DNA of 64,000 bases, from assembly GCA_016929635.1 (NCBI GenBank), contig JAFGIL010000067.1, positions 6,010 through 70,009 of the forward strand. Reading direction: 5' to 3'. This stretch comes from Endomicrobiales bacterium (GTDB lineage Bacteria > Elusimicrobiota > Endomicrobiia > Endomicrobiales > JAFGIL01). Below the pieces are notes generated by a model. The model had not been told where the DNA came from. It saw only the letters and a program-made list of their open reading frames with translations, and searched no databases. Made by a program: the position numbers and the translations under genes. Shown piece by piece: positions 48,602 through 57,803 of this stretch. Position 1 is the first letter of the stretch. Every line of letters starts with the position of its first letter.

Positions 48602-49861
48602 CTATTGCTGCCTCTCTTTTATACCGTAAGGCAATATGACCATTGCCCATTGAGAACGCTCCAGTTCAGCCAACCTCTTGAATATTTTGGATGCATCGCC
48701 CAAATATAACTGGGAACAGCCGCAAATCTCAACTTCATCAACATCCATTACGTCAAATAATGGCTTGTCTTTTGTAATTATTATGTGCAGAAACTCCTGC
48801 GTTTCCTTTTTATTTTCGGGCAAATACGTTTTAAGGGATATATTTGTATAATCCGGCGTACAGCTCGGGAAATCAAAAATCTCGCCTGCATTCACGTAAT
48901 TTACCTTATCATACCAATTCGGATATAAAAGCGATGCATTCTTATCTTCATCTATTACGATAAGATGTACGTATGAGTTCTTTGTTGCCCAGAAAGAAAC
49001 ATTAAAATTGTCCCCGTTATAATAAAGAGGCTGATTCAACCCGAGCTTTTTATTTTTATAATCCAGCTTTATCTCATATGACGGGTCTCTCTGGCCCTTT
49101 GAAATAATTTCTCCTTTTATTTTTACGTAACACTTAATCCCGCCTTCTTTCAGGTTCTCATACACAGGAGCCTCAACTTGTTTGTAATCAACAATAGCAT
49201 TGCTCCATAAAAGCACATAGTTGGATACGAAACTGTAGCTTTTCTTATTGGACTCTAACATGTAATCCTGAAACACACTTTGAACGTCAATACCGTTTTT
49301 CTTCAATGCCTTGTTCAGGGCATCCTCTTCCGCTCTTTTTTCAGCATCAAAAGCGCGCTCAAACTTGGACGCCGCACCTTCGCCCACTTCTTCAAATCTA
49401 ATCACTCTCTCCTGTATCCTTTTATCTGTATCTGTATTATCTGACAGCACGGGCAATCCCAGGGCACCGGAAGAGACTTTATTGTATTTATCTATATGCC
49501 TGTCAAGTTCTGAAAATGAATCATTAGCCCTGTTTCTAATGCAATTTATGGAAGAGGGCTTCTTTGCCGCACATGCACACAAGGATAAGTAACATCCAAT
49601 AGCAATAAAAATGCATACATTGCTTTTACCGCAGAAAATGCTTTTTAAGTTGTAATATACTTTTGTGTAGAGTATTTTGTATTTCAGATTGAATTTGATA
49701 TTGTAAATTGCCATATTTATGTTATGTACTAAAACCGAATATTTCCAGGAAACGTATTTCATTCTCAGATAATGCTTTAGTCTATTGTAACGGCTTTCTA
49801 AACTGTATAATTTGTAAATTGACTTGTTTCTTATATATTTCCTCATCATACAATCCTCCAT
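48602..49861 (-). CDS. DUF4384-domain putative lipoprotein
   Basis: Internal lipobox-like 'LCAC' after a long basic N-region; C-terminal 'Y.NGD.F.V.F..TKNSYV.L...D.D.NASLLYPN' and 'EFLHIIITK'; start uncertain. Confidence 0.75.
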   Translation of the reverse strand: MEDCMMRKYIRNKSIYKLYSLESRYNRLKHYLRMKYVSWKYSVLVHNINMAIYNIKFNLKYKILYTKVYYNLKSIFCGKSNVCIFIAIGCYLSLCACAAKKPSSINCIRNRANDSFSELDRHIDKYNKVSSGALGLPVLSDNTDTDKRIQERVIRFEEVGEGAASKFERAFDAEKRAEEDALNKALKKNGIDVQSVFQDYMLESNKKSYSFVSNYVLLWSNAIVDYKQVEAPVYENLKEGGIKCYVKIKGEIISKGQRDPSYEIKLDYKNKKLGLNQPLYYNGDNFNVSFWATKNSYVHLIVIDEDKNASLLYPNWYDKVNYVNAGEIFDFPSCTPDYTNISLKTYLPENKKETQEFLHIIITKDKPLFDVMDVDEVEICGCSQLYLGDASKIFKRLAELERSQWAMVILPYGIKERQQ

Positions 49862-49882
49862 TCAATCCCCATTTGTAATAAC

Positions 49883-49898
49883 TGCAATTTTTATTCCA
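49883..49898 (-). promoter_or_regulatory. sigma54 -24/-12 promoter
   Basis: TGGAAT-AAAAA-TTGCA with canonical GG-N10-GC spacing, upstream of the DUF4384 gene. Confidence 0.65.
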
Positions 49899-49981
49899 TA
49901 ATTTCCGTTAGTAACTATTTCAAAAAACTATTCTTTTTTGAATTGTTTTCCGGTATTCCTAAAATCAAATCCTATCAATGA

Positions 49982-49999
49982 TGTCTCAGAAGTGATACA
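49982..49999. promoter_or_regulatory. Candidate enhancer (UAS) palindrome
   Basis: TGTCTCA-gaag-TGATACA, ~85-100 bp upstream of the -24/-12 site. Confidence 0.5.
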
Positions 50000-50070
50000 G
50001 TAAACTTTACGATAACAAAACTTATTGAAATTTTATGCCATTTTTAAATCTTATTTTTAATACAATGGAG

Positions 50071-50799
50071 TTACAATGTAACCTCATATTTTGTACAGAG
50101 TCTTTTATTGTAAGATTCAAAGTTGCTTTCCAGAATTATTGTAACGCATGCATCTACGGCATCGGGATCGTAAAGAACGCCTCTATTTTGAACTACTTCC
50201 TGAATTGCATCTAATACGTTTTGACTTGATTTATCAAACATAATGGAATCAACAACATCAGCAACTGCTAATATTTTTGCCTCAGTCCATATCTCATTTC
50301 CGCTCAATCCAAATGGATATCCGGAGCCGTTGATACGTTCATGGTGCTGCGCAACCACTTCACCAATTGGCCATGAAAAACCGGCGGTTTTTAATATTTC
50401 GCTGCTGATTGTTGAATGCGTTTTGACTATATCAAACTCATGGTCGTTTAATTTATTGGGTAAAGTTGTAACCTCTTCCGGTATGAACATCAGGCCAACA
50501 TCATGAAGCAGGCCTGCAATACGAATTATATTGATTCTTTTCTCGGAAAGCCCTATTCTTCTTCCTATTTTACATGCCAGAAGCGATACCCTGCGCTGGT
50601 GTTTTTCAAGATCAGTGTCTATTTTTTCGCTAATGTTTATTGAATTATACAAGGATTCGTTAATTACCCAGTTTGTTTCTTTAACCCTCTGCCTTAATTC
50701 ATTCTCAAATCTAAATAAATTCAACTGCACCAATCCTGCCAAATGCCTGAATTTTTCCTCATTTTCCAGCAAATTAACTAAGTTATGATTTGTATTCAT
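50071..50799 (-). CDS. HD-GYP domain phosphodiesterase
   Basis: 'HQRRV', 'GLLHDVG', 'HHERINGSGYP', 'ILAVADV.D'. Confidence 0.92.
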   Translation of the reverse strand: MNTNHNLVNLLENEEKFRHLAGLVQLNLFRFENELRQRVKETNWVINESLYNSINISEKIDTDLEKHQRRVSLLACKIGRRIGLSEKRINIIRIAGLLHDVGLMFIPEEVTTLPNKLNDHEFDIVKTHSTISSEILKTAGFSWPIGEVVAQHHERINGSGYPFGLSGNEIWTEAKILAVADVVDSIMFDKSSQNVLDAIQEVVQNRGVLYDPDAVDACVTIILESNFESYNKRLCTKYEVTL

Positions 50800-50838
50800 T
50801 GTCTTCCTCCTTTTTTTACTCTTCCCAACAATTCTTAC

Positions 50839-50854
50839 TGCAATTTATATGCCA
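50839..50854 (-). promoter_or_regulatory. sigma54 -24/-12 promoter
   Basis: TGGCAT-ATAAA-TTGCA, 40 bp upstream of the HD-GYP start. Confidence 0.75.
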
Positions 50855-50870
50855 AATTAAGGGTGTATAT

Positions 50871-50908
50871 AAAAAAAACCACATTGTTATAACTAAACAA
50901 TGTGGCTT
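50871..50908 (-). terminator. Rho-independent terminator
   Basis: minus strand CCACATTGTT-tagttat-AACAATGTGG followed by T8, after the cheB-like gene. Confidence 0.8.
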
Positions 50909-50960
50909 TTAGACTTATATTGTCTATTCAATTAAATTGAATAGATATTATTCTCTGTAA

Positions 50961-51536
50961 TTATTTGGCGAATAATTCGATAATTTTATCCCTTATTCCT
51001 CTGGGTGTCAGCATAAAATCAACTTTTTTTGTTGCAATAGCAGCTTTCGGCATATAGTGAAGAGCGCAGCTGTTATATTCCTGGGCTATTGTAACCCCCC
51101 CGATTTCCTTAATGTGGCTGATACCTGCTGCACCGTCTTTACCCATACCGGTGAGAATGATTCCCGTAAAATGATAGCCTTGTATTTTCTGCATCGATTG
51201 CATTGCTACATCTATTGAGGGCATAACAAAATTAACAAAATTGCCGCACTCAAGCCGTATTTTTTCATTTAGAACCACTTTCAAATGGATTTTGCTTGGC
51301 GCAATGTATACCGTTTCATTCTGAAGATACTCGTTGTTATCGGGTATCTTCACATTCATATCTGTTTTTGCGCCCAGCTCCCTCCTGAGTGATTCATTTA
51401 TGCACAGGGGCATATGCTGGACTATAATAACAGAAGCATTTATTTTTGGCATCCCGGAAAATATCGCATCAAGGGCTCTCGGCCCCCCTGCTGATGCTCC
51501 TATTATTATGATGTTTTTAGAAAACGATACTCTCAT
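50961..51536 (-). CDS. Stand-alone CheB-type methylesterase domain
   Basis: 'IGASAGGP.AL', 'VQHMP', 'PSID', 'ILTGMGKDGA.G', 'MPKAAI'; no receiver domain. Confidence 0.92.
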   Translation of the reverse strand: MRVSFSKNIIIIGASAGGPRALDAIFSGMPKINASVIIVQHMPLCINESLRRELGAKTDMNVKIPDNNEYLQNETVYIAPSKIHLKVVLNEKIRLECGNFVNFVMPSIDVAMQSMQKIQGYHFTGIILTGMGKDGAAGISHIKEIGGVTIAQEYNSCALHYMPKAAIATKKVDFMLTPRGIRDKIIELFAK

Positions 51537-51541
51537 ATGTT

Positions 51542-51919
51542 TTATTTATTAAGATACGAACTGTACTTCTGCACTATATCAACTAACTCATCGGAATCAA
51601 AAGGTTTCGTTACGTAATCTATTACGTACTCCTTTACGCTTTCCATCTTTTCGCTCGGCTGCTCCACTGCTGTCAGCATAATAATGACTATATCTTTCCA
51701 CAGCCCCTTGTCAATAATCTGTTTTACGGTATCCCAGCCGTCAATTCCGGGCATCATAATATCCAATATTATTACTCCCTTAAATCCTTTTTCCAGTTCC
51801 TCAATACACTCTTTTCCATTGCTTGCAGTGACTACTTCATAGCCATTATGCTCAAAAAGGACTCTAATTGTAGTTAAAATATCCGGTTCATCATCAACTA
51901 CCATTAATTTTTTTATCAT
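51542..51919 (-). CDS. Single-domain response regulator
   Basis: 'MVVDDE', 'ILDIMMPGIDG', 'MLTA', 'TKPF'. Confidence 0.93.
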   Translation of the reverse strand: MIKKLMVVDDEPDILTTIRVLFEHNGYEVVTASNGKECIEELEKGFKGVIILDIMMPGIDGWDTVKQIIDKGLWKDIVIIMLTAVEQPSEKMESVKEYVIDYVTKPFDSDELVDIVQKYSSYLNK

Positions 51920-51956
51920 AAACCTTATCCTCCCTGATTATGAACTAGTATTAAGT

Positions 51957-53054
51957 TTAAAAAGCTAATTTGATTAATCCCTGAACGCCGAAGTCGCCAA
52001 CGCTTTCCTTTTGTGAGCCGTATTCGCTTGAGCTGTCACCAAAAACCGCAAAAGGAAGTATCGCTATTTCAATTATGTCATTATAAAAATAGTCGGCCAC
52101 GCTGCCTATAATGGTCGAACTGTCATTAAGATTTGAGAATACAAAACCGGTTATTGTCAGTTTCTCGCTAAACAGATAACTGGCTGACGGAACAATATAA
52201 TCAACCCCCAGAGTCCTGCCTTTAAACAATAAATTGACGTCATAATTTGCCTTATTTTTTGAACCAAAGCCATTGTAATAATACTCGCAGTTAAAAGTCC
52301 ATCTGTCATAAATATATTCAAGGCCCGTCACGAATTCGTCTTTTTCCTGATCATTGAATCTTGCTGCTTCCAGCCATATGCCCCAGTCTATTTTTGGGAT
52401 TGACCCCTTAATCGATACACCAAATACATTATCGTCATTATCTGTGTATTCTGTCCCATTTACCTCAAACTCTCTCTCTCCTAATTTCGTATAAGAAAGC
52501 GCTATGTCGAAATCAGATACATTCTTTTTTATCCGCAGGCCAAAATCTTCCTTTCCTGTTTCGTCTATAGTAATATCAGAGCTTACCTCATTCTCTATGG
52601 AATATCCGGCAGCATAAACAAAATCTGTCATTGCCCCAAAATGATATGAAGTTAAAGTAACAGCATCTCTCCCTGTCTTATAATATACAGGGTCAAATGC
52701 AGCCCCCAGCGGCTTTGAGTTGAAAATATCGGTAGGATTAAAGTTATACCCGCTTCCCCATGCCATCAGCTGCCTTCCGACAACCAAATCAAACTTACCC
52801 TTTAGAAACTTTACATAAGCAACGTTCAACCTGTGTTTGCTGTCCTCGTACTGATAATGAATATCGCTTACGATATTCTTCTTATCCAGCAGTTTAAGAA
52901 ATATCCTGCCAGAGATATCAGACGATGCCTCGGATTTCTTTGCTGAAACAGCGCTTAGAATAACCTCTGAAGTTAAATCCACTGCATAACAAGGAAGGAC
53001 AAAAAATGAAAAGATATAAACCGCTAAAATATATTTCAATTTAACCATTTGCAC
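51957..53054 (-). CDS. Outer-membrane beta-barrel partner of the MMPL/LolA-like system
   Basis: Signal peptide; 'GRQLMAWGSG..FNPTD.F', 'EYYYNGFG'; terminal Phe. Confidence 0.75.
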   Translation of the reverse strand: MQMVKLKYILAVYIFSFFVLPCYAVDLTSEVILSAVSAKKSEASSDISGRIFLKLLDKKNIVSDIHYQYEDSKHRLNVAYVKFLKGKFDLVVGRQLMAWGSGYNFNPTDIFNSKPLGAAFDPVYYKTGRDAVTLTSYHFGAMTDFVYAAGYSIENEVSSDITIDETGKEDFGLRIKKNVSDFDIALSYTKLGEREFEVNGTEYTDNDDNVFGVSIKGSIPKIDWGIWLEAARFNDQEKDEFVTGLEYIYDRWTFNCEYYYNGFGSKNKANYDVNLLFKGRTLGVDYIVPSASYLFSEKLTITGFVFSNLNDSSTIIGSVADYFYNDIIEIAILPFAVFGDSSSEYGSQKESVGDFGVQGLIKLAF

Positions 53055-53068
53055 ATATTTGCTGTCTG

Positions 53069-53800
53069 CTATTTTTTAAGGTATCTCTCAGAGAACAATT
53101 TATCATCCAGTCTCAGGTCAAACTCGGCAGAATCCTCTTTCATTTCAAAATTTGTTATTTTCTGTGAGCCGATTTCTTTCATGGACACGAAAAGTGCTAC
53201 CAGATGTCCGCCAATATTCACAATATCTTTCGATATAAGTTCTTTGTATTTAAGGTCGTTTTTATTATAATACTCAACTTTTGTGGCAATAAAATCATCC
53301 TTCCGGACATCAGCCAGCAGATATTTATAGGTTTTGTCTTTATCTTTAGGGATTATCTTAAGCACATATTCCTTATCCGTCTCTTTTTCGATTTCAGCCG
53401 TATAGTCATCCACGTAATTCATGTCCATATCTTCGTAACTGAAGCTTGAACCCATCATGCTGCCTTTTTTGGCTGATTTTGAAAGAAGGCGCACCCTGTT
53501 TGTCCTGTTATTATAATACCAGATATTGTCACCTACGGTAAGTATTGCGGTTCCTTTGAGCCTTGCAGGTTCAGTAAACCGCATCAGGCTCATGTCTTCT
53601 TCTTCTCCGGTTTTTTCATAAGAAATCAGTGACATGCTGGTTGTATGCCCGTCCCTGTTGATAATTTTCATAGTAGCATTCATCTTTGCGGTTTTATAAT
53701 CCCTTACGTCATCCATTTTATCGAGTATCTCATCCGCCGTTAATGCGAACAGTAAAGTCCTGCAAAAAATGACTATAAATGATATAAATATTTTTCTCAC
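53069..53800 (-). CDS. Outer-membrane lipoprotein-sorting protein (LolA-like)
   Basis: 'LTADEIL.KMD', 'RF.EPA..KGTA.L', 'S.MGS.FSYED', 'FSERYL'. Confidence 0.88.
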   Translation of the reverse strand: MRKIFISFIVIFCRTLLFALTADEILDKMDDVRDYKTAKMNATMKIINRDGHTTSMSLISYEKTGEEEDMSLMRFTEPARLKGTAILTVGDNIWYYNNRTNRVRLLSKSAKKGSMMGSSFSYEDMDMNYVDDYTAEIEKETDKEYVLKIIPKDKDKTYKYLLADVRKDDFIATKVEYYNKNDLKYKELISKDIVNIGGHLVALFVSMKEIGSQKITNFEMKEDSAEFDLRLDDKLFSERYLKK

Positions 53801-53816
53801 TTAAACCTCCAAATTA

Positions 53817-56399
53817 TCATTCACTAGCTTTTTCTGTTACTTTTATCAGACTGCTTAATAATAGAACTGTCAGAAGAAAAGCCCAGCCGATTCCGATTAT
53901 CAAAAGCTTCCCGAATGAACCGAACCCCTGGTATTTGCTAACTATCATTGTTCCGAATGCTGCCATAGTTGTTAGGGTAGTCAATAAAATTGCCCGCCCG
54001 GTACTCTTCATGGCTATAACGATATTTCTTTCAATTAAATACCTGTGAATCAGATGCACTCCGTCATCCACTCCTATACCGATAATAATCGGCAATGCGA
54101 TTATATTAACATAATCGAATTTCATCCCTGTCCATACCATAACGCCAACTAACAGAACCAGAGTAAAAGCCATCGGCATCATTGCGAAAGTCGCAAACTT
54201 TAGACTCCTGAAATCTATAAGAAGAATAATAAATATCGCACATACAACCAACAAAAGAACTTTCTTTCCTTCACTTGCTGCTATATTCATAACCTCAATG
54301 CTTAAAAGAGAAGAGCCGGTCAGGGGCATATCCAGAGACTGTATTTCTGCCACATAAAGAGGCTGAAACTCGTTTGTCCAAACATCTTCCTTGGGATAAA
54401 TAGTGGTTAGGAACGTGCCGTCTTTGCCGATGTAGTTTTCTTTTATGGTTCTAGGTATATCTTCCAAAGTTATTTTTTTGCTGCTGTTAGCATTCAGGAC
54501 CGTTTTTTTTATGTTCTTTATGAACAGTTTCTGTATTTTAACAAGATTATCGGCATTACCATCCAGGCTGTCTTTAGTCTCCTGTATTAGATTGCTATTA
54601 ACCAATTTATCTATTTTTTCAACTATCTTTGTTTCTCCTCCGATATATGCAAGGTCGCTCAACTCTATTAAATTCGCCTCAAGCCTCATGATCTCATCTT
54701 TCAGCTGTTCCAGGTGGAGCCCTGAATCTGCTTCCGGCTTAATTCTTTTCTTTATACCGGCAAGAAGCTTCATGCGTTTCTGCTGTTCCTTTTGCACAGG
54801 AATATAATTTGCGATAGACTGTACCATGCCTACCGTATCAAGGTCTTCTGCCTGGTCCTTGATTTTATGCGCCTCTTCGATTGTTTTTGTTATCCCAAGC
54901 GTTATATCATTGCTAAAATCGAACTTTTCTATCATCTTATCGTTTATCTCAAGTGATTCAAGGCCTTTTGCCTCGATATCTTTTAAATTCCTCGAAAACT
55001 CTATATCTTTAAATCTTACCGCGCTTAAAATCAGAAGTACAGCAATAAAGATTATAACAAGCGAAGGCCTTTTAACAACCGTACTTTCATATAACTTTAT
55101 TGCAACTGATTCTTCTTCCATTCTTTTTACTTCTTTTCTTCCAAAAATCAAAAGCAGGGAAGGAAGTATGAATATCGAAGCTAAAAGAGTGCAGATTATA
55201 CCTATTCCAAGGGTAAATCCGAACTCCCTGAACGCGGGAAAAGTACTTATTACGAACATCATAAAACCAATCGAGGTCGTTATAGATCCCGTAATAATAC
55301 CTTTCACGCTCTTCTCGTATACCTTGGTAATGGAATCTTCAACGCTGGTTCCCTTGTGGCGCTCTTCGGTATACAGTGCAATAATATGTATCGCGTAATC
55401 TATTCCAAGCCCTATAAGAATTGCACCCATCATAGCAGTAAAAGAATTAAGCCATCCTACAAATATATATGTCAATCCCATAGACCATATAATCCCGATA
55501 ATTAAAGGGATAATTGCAAGTATAGTATATCGTATCAGCTTGAATCCTATTAAAAATATCAGGAATATAAAAATAATCGATAAAATCGAAGATACTTTCA
55601 TATCGCGCATGCTCGTATTCATTTCATCGCGTTGAAGCACCAGGAACCCGCCAATACCGGCTTTTACGTTATGAGCTTTCTGGTTATCCTTTATTACACC
55701 TTCGAGTTTATCTATAAAAGGGACCAATACCATAACTTCTGTTATAGGTATATCTGTCTTAACAAACATAAGACCCATAGACCTGTCAGACGAAATCATG
55801 TACTTTGGCCCGGCCAGGAATTCATCAGACAGCTTTTTTACTTTATTTTTGTCGACTTCTGGGGCTTTCAGAGTATTTAAAAAATCTTCAATAGTGTTAA
55901 ATACTCCAAGCATTTCCTGCCTGTCTTTCCTCATTTTATCCGAATCCTCACCGGCAATGTATTCTTTTTCGAAATTATCGTTTAACCCGCCGACAAAATC
56001 CTTTAGGCTGGATGCAGTGAGCATTCCCTCGATAGATTCCAGCTCCCTTTCTTTAAGCAGTAAAAAACCGTGTTTCTTGATAAAATCCGTTTCCGATTTA
56101 TATATAACCTCATCAACGTTATCCAGCTTGGATACTTTATGCCTGGTATCCTCTATGTAACTGATAATATCTTCTTCTCTGCCTTCAATAGCCACATTGA
56201 TTAAATCAATACCTACAAAATTATCCAGGGCATTCTGGTATGCAACAACCGTAGGCTGGTTCTTCGGAAGCATATCCTCCATCCTCATATTCAGCTCCAG
56301 CTTACTGATCCACCATATGCACAGCGCCGTAAATAAAAATGATACAGCCAAAATTATTTTATAGCGTTTTTTTATTAACTCAGCGATTTTTATTAACAT
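53817..56399 (-). CDS. MMPL/RND superfamily transporter
   Basis: Two repeats with 'ILIGLGIDYAIH' and 'IGIGVDDGVH', 'TG.AILLT.LTT..AFG'. Confidence 0.93.
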   Translation of the reverse strand: MLIKIAELIKKRYKIILAVSFLFTALCIWWISKLELNMRMEDMLPKNQPTVVAYQNALDNFVGIDLINVAIEGREEDIISYIEDTRHKVSKLDNVDEVIYKSETDFIKKHGFLLLKERELESIEGMLTASSLKDFVGGLNDNFEKEYIAGEDSDKMRKDRQEMLGVFNTIEDFLNTLKAPEVDKNKVKKLSDEFLAGPKYMISSDRSMGLMFVKTDIPITEVMVLVPFIDKLEGVIKDNQKAHNVKAGIGGFLVLQRDEMNTSMRDMKVSSILSIIFIFLIFLIGFKLIRYTILAIIPLIIGIIWSMGLTYIFVGWLNSFTAMMGAILIGLGIDYAIHIIALYTEERHKGTSVEDSITKVYEKSVKGIITGSITTSIGFMMFVISTFPAFREFGFTLGIGIICTLLASIFILPSLLLIFGRKEVKRMEEESVAIKLYESTVVKRPSLVIIFIAVLLILSAVRFKDIEFSRNLKDIEAKGLESLEINDKMIEKFDFSNDITLGITKTIEEAHKIKDQAEDLDTVGMVQSIANYIPVQKEQQKRMKLLAGIKKRIKPEADSGLHLEQLKDEIMRLEANLIELSDLAYIGGETKIVEKIDKLVNSNLIQETKDSLDGNADNLVKIQKLFIKNIKKTVLNANSSKKITLEDIPRTIKENYIGKDGTFLTTIYPKEDVWTNEFQPLYVAEIQSLDMPLTGSSLLSIEVMNIAASEGKKVLLLVVCAIFIILLIDFRSLKFATFAMMPMAFTLVLLVGVMVWTGMKFDYVNIIALPIIIGIGVDDGVHLIHRYLIERNIVIAMKSTGRAILLTTLTTMAAFGTMIVSKYQGFGSFGKLLIIGIGWAFLLTVLLLSSLIKVTEKASE

Positions 56400-56567
56400 C
56401 TTTTTCTCACTTTCAGATTAATACTAATCTTCATTTATTTTATTTATTTAATAATGTATTTTTATTCAAAGGTAAGCTGTCTGCTCTTGTATTTAAAAAA
56501 TCATAGGCAACATTTTCAACAACGGTATGAGATTTAAAATTACTCTTTTTAAAGTGGTGGGTTATAC

Positions 56568-56750
56568 CTATTTCCTCTTGCGCCTATCGTTTATTATCCG
56601 CCTCTCGGTTCCGTCTCTCCTTTCGCCCATTAACCTTCTTTCTTTTCCAACAGAAACATTATTCTTTCTTCTTTGAGCACCGCTTCTTCTATCTCTATCG
56701 GACCTTCGTTCTTTATCTGATCTTTTCTCTCTAAAATCCAATAAACTCAC
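56568..56750 (-). CDS. Small Arg-rich protein of tandem (E/D)RRxxx(D/E)RR motifs
   Basis: 'EKRSDKERRSDRDRRSGAQRR...ERRLMGERRDGTERRIINDRR'; co-directional with upstream genes. Confidence 0.7.
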   Translation of the reverse strand: MSLLDFREKRSDKERRSDRDRRSGAQRRKNNVSVGKERRLMGERRDGTERRIINDRRKRK

Positions 56751-56761
56751 CCCCGCACAAA

Positions 56762-57160
56762 CTACCTTCTATCTAATATGATTTCTCCTTTATCAAAATC
56801 CATCTTAACACTAAAATTTCTGATATAATTCAGGCCTATCACTCCGTCAACATATCTTTCTTTCGGAAAGTTATAGCAATAAACCTCCAGATCCTCAATC
56901 GGCTCGTTTCCTATAGAAAATTCTCTGAGCCTTACCATAGGCACGCTCTCTATATTATCAACAGTTATCATCTTCGCGGTTTCCTGGCTCTGGCCAGGCT
57001 CATAGCCCAGATACTTTACCATATCATAAGATATAGTCGTAACTGCTGCTCCGGTATCAAATGCAAGTTTAATTAAAAATTCCTGATCATTCTCTTTTCC
57101 AACCAGGATAGCTTCAACCACAATCAGGCTTTTATCCGGGTCAAACTTTATTTTTCCCAT
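56762..57160 (-). CDS. Retropepsin-like (clan AA) aspartyl protease
   Basis: 'AFDTGAAVTTIS', 'DGVIGLNYI..F.V..DF'. Confidence 0.9.
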   Translation of the reverse strand: MGKIKFDPDKSLIVVEAILVGKENDQEFLIKLAFDTGAAVTTISYDMVKYLGYEPGQSQETAKMITVDNIESVPMVRLREFSIGNEPIEDLEVYCYNFPKERYVDGVIGLNYIRNFSVKMDFDKGEIILDRR

Positions 57161-57402
57161 TTAATCAACCCGCTCTTTTCCGGAATCTCTCCGATATACC
57201 TTAACGCTACCTTCCCTTTATAATCCCTAAACTCCTGCAGCCTAACAGATACCTCATCTCTGCTGTTTGTATGAAAAGCTACCTGGCCTGAGCTTAACTC
57301 GCCGTTATCGCTGAACTGGCAGTCGATCATAAATACCCATTGCTCTTTATACTTTTTCTCCACTTCTTTTGCAGTTAAAACCTGGGCTGACATTTTACTC
57401 AC
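57148..57402 (-). CDS. Small DUF5678-like protein
   Basis: 'KYKEQWV.......G.V.FH...RDEV', 'YIGEIP'; overlaps the protease start. Confidence 0.65.
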   Translation of the reverse strand: MSKMSAQVLTAKEVEKKYKEQWVFMIDCQFSDNGELSSGQVAFHTNSRDEVSVRLQEFRDYKGKVALRYIGEIPEKSGLIKWEK

Positions 57403-57420
57403 CTCCGTTTAAACATTGCT

Positions 57421-57777
57421 TCAGCAAGTTAGATGAAATGCACCGACAACCTTTTTACCTTTGCTTAAATAATCATTAAATATTTTTACCGCTTCATCTG
57501 TGCTTCTATCGATAATTTTTATATTTAAATCTTCCAGCTTCTTTTTAGTAGAATAAGGAACGTCCATAACACCGGAAGCCCCCTTGCCAATAATTAAAAA
57601 CTCGGGTTTATATGCTATTACTATTTTTAAATCATCTATATTTAACGAGTGCCCTTCTTTTCTCCACCAGCTATTTATTACTTTATCAGGAAAAATTATT
57701 ATGTCTCGATTATATGACTTGCCATTAACTTTAATAAAGCCAAAGGAATACTCATCGATTTCCATAATTTTCAACAA
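57421..57777 (-). CDS. Mth938-like (DUF498) protein
   Basis: 'YSFG.I.VNG..Y..DIII', 'WWRKEGH', 'IIG.G.SG', 'GAFHLTC'. Confidence 0.92.
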   Translation of the reverse strand: MLKIMEIDEYSFGFIKVNGKSYNRDIIIFPDKVINSWWRKEGHSLNIDDLKIVIAYKPEFLIIGKGASGVMDVPYSTKKKLEDLNIKIIDRSTDEAVKIFNDYLSKGKKVVGAFHLTC

Positions 57778-57803
57778 ATATCATTAACTTATAATAAATC
57801 CCG

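Noticed and set aside
50025-50040. TGGCAT-AAAAT-TTCAA (minus strand) as a third sigma54 promoter
   Set aside because: The -12 GC is missing.
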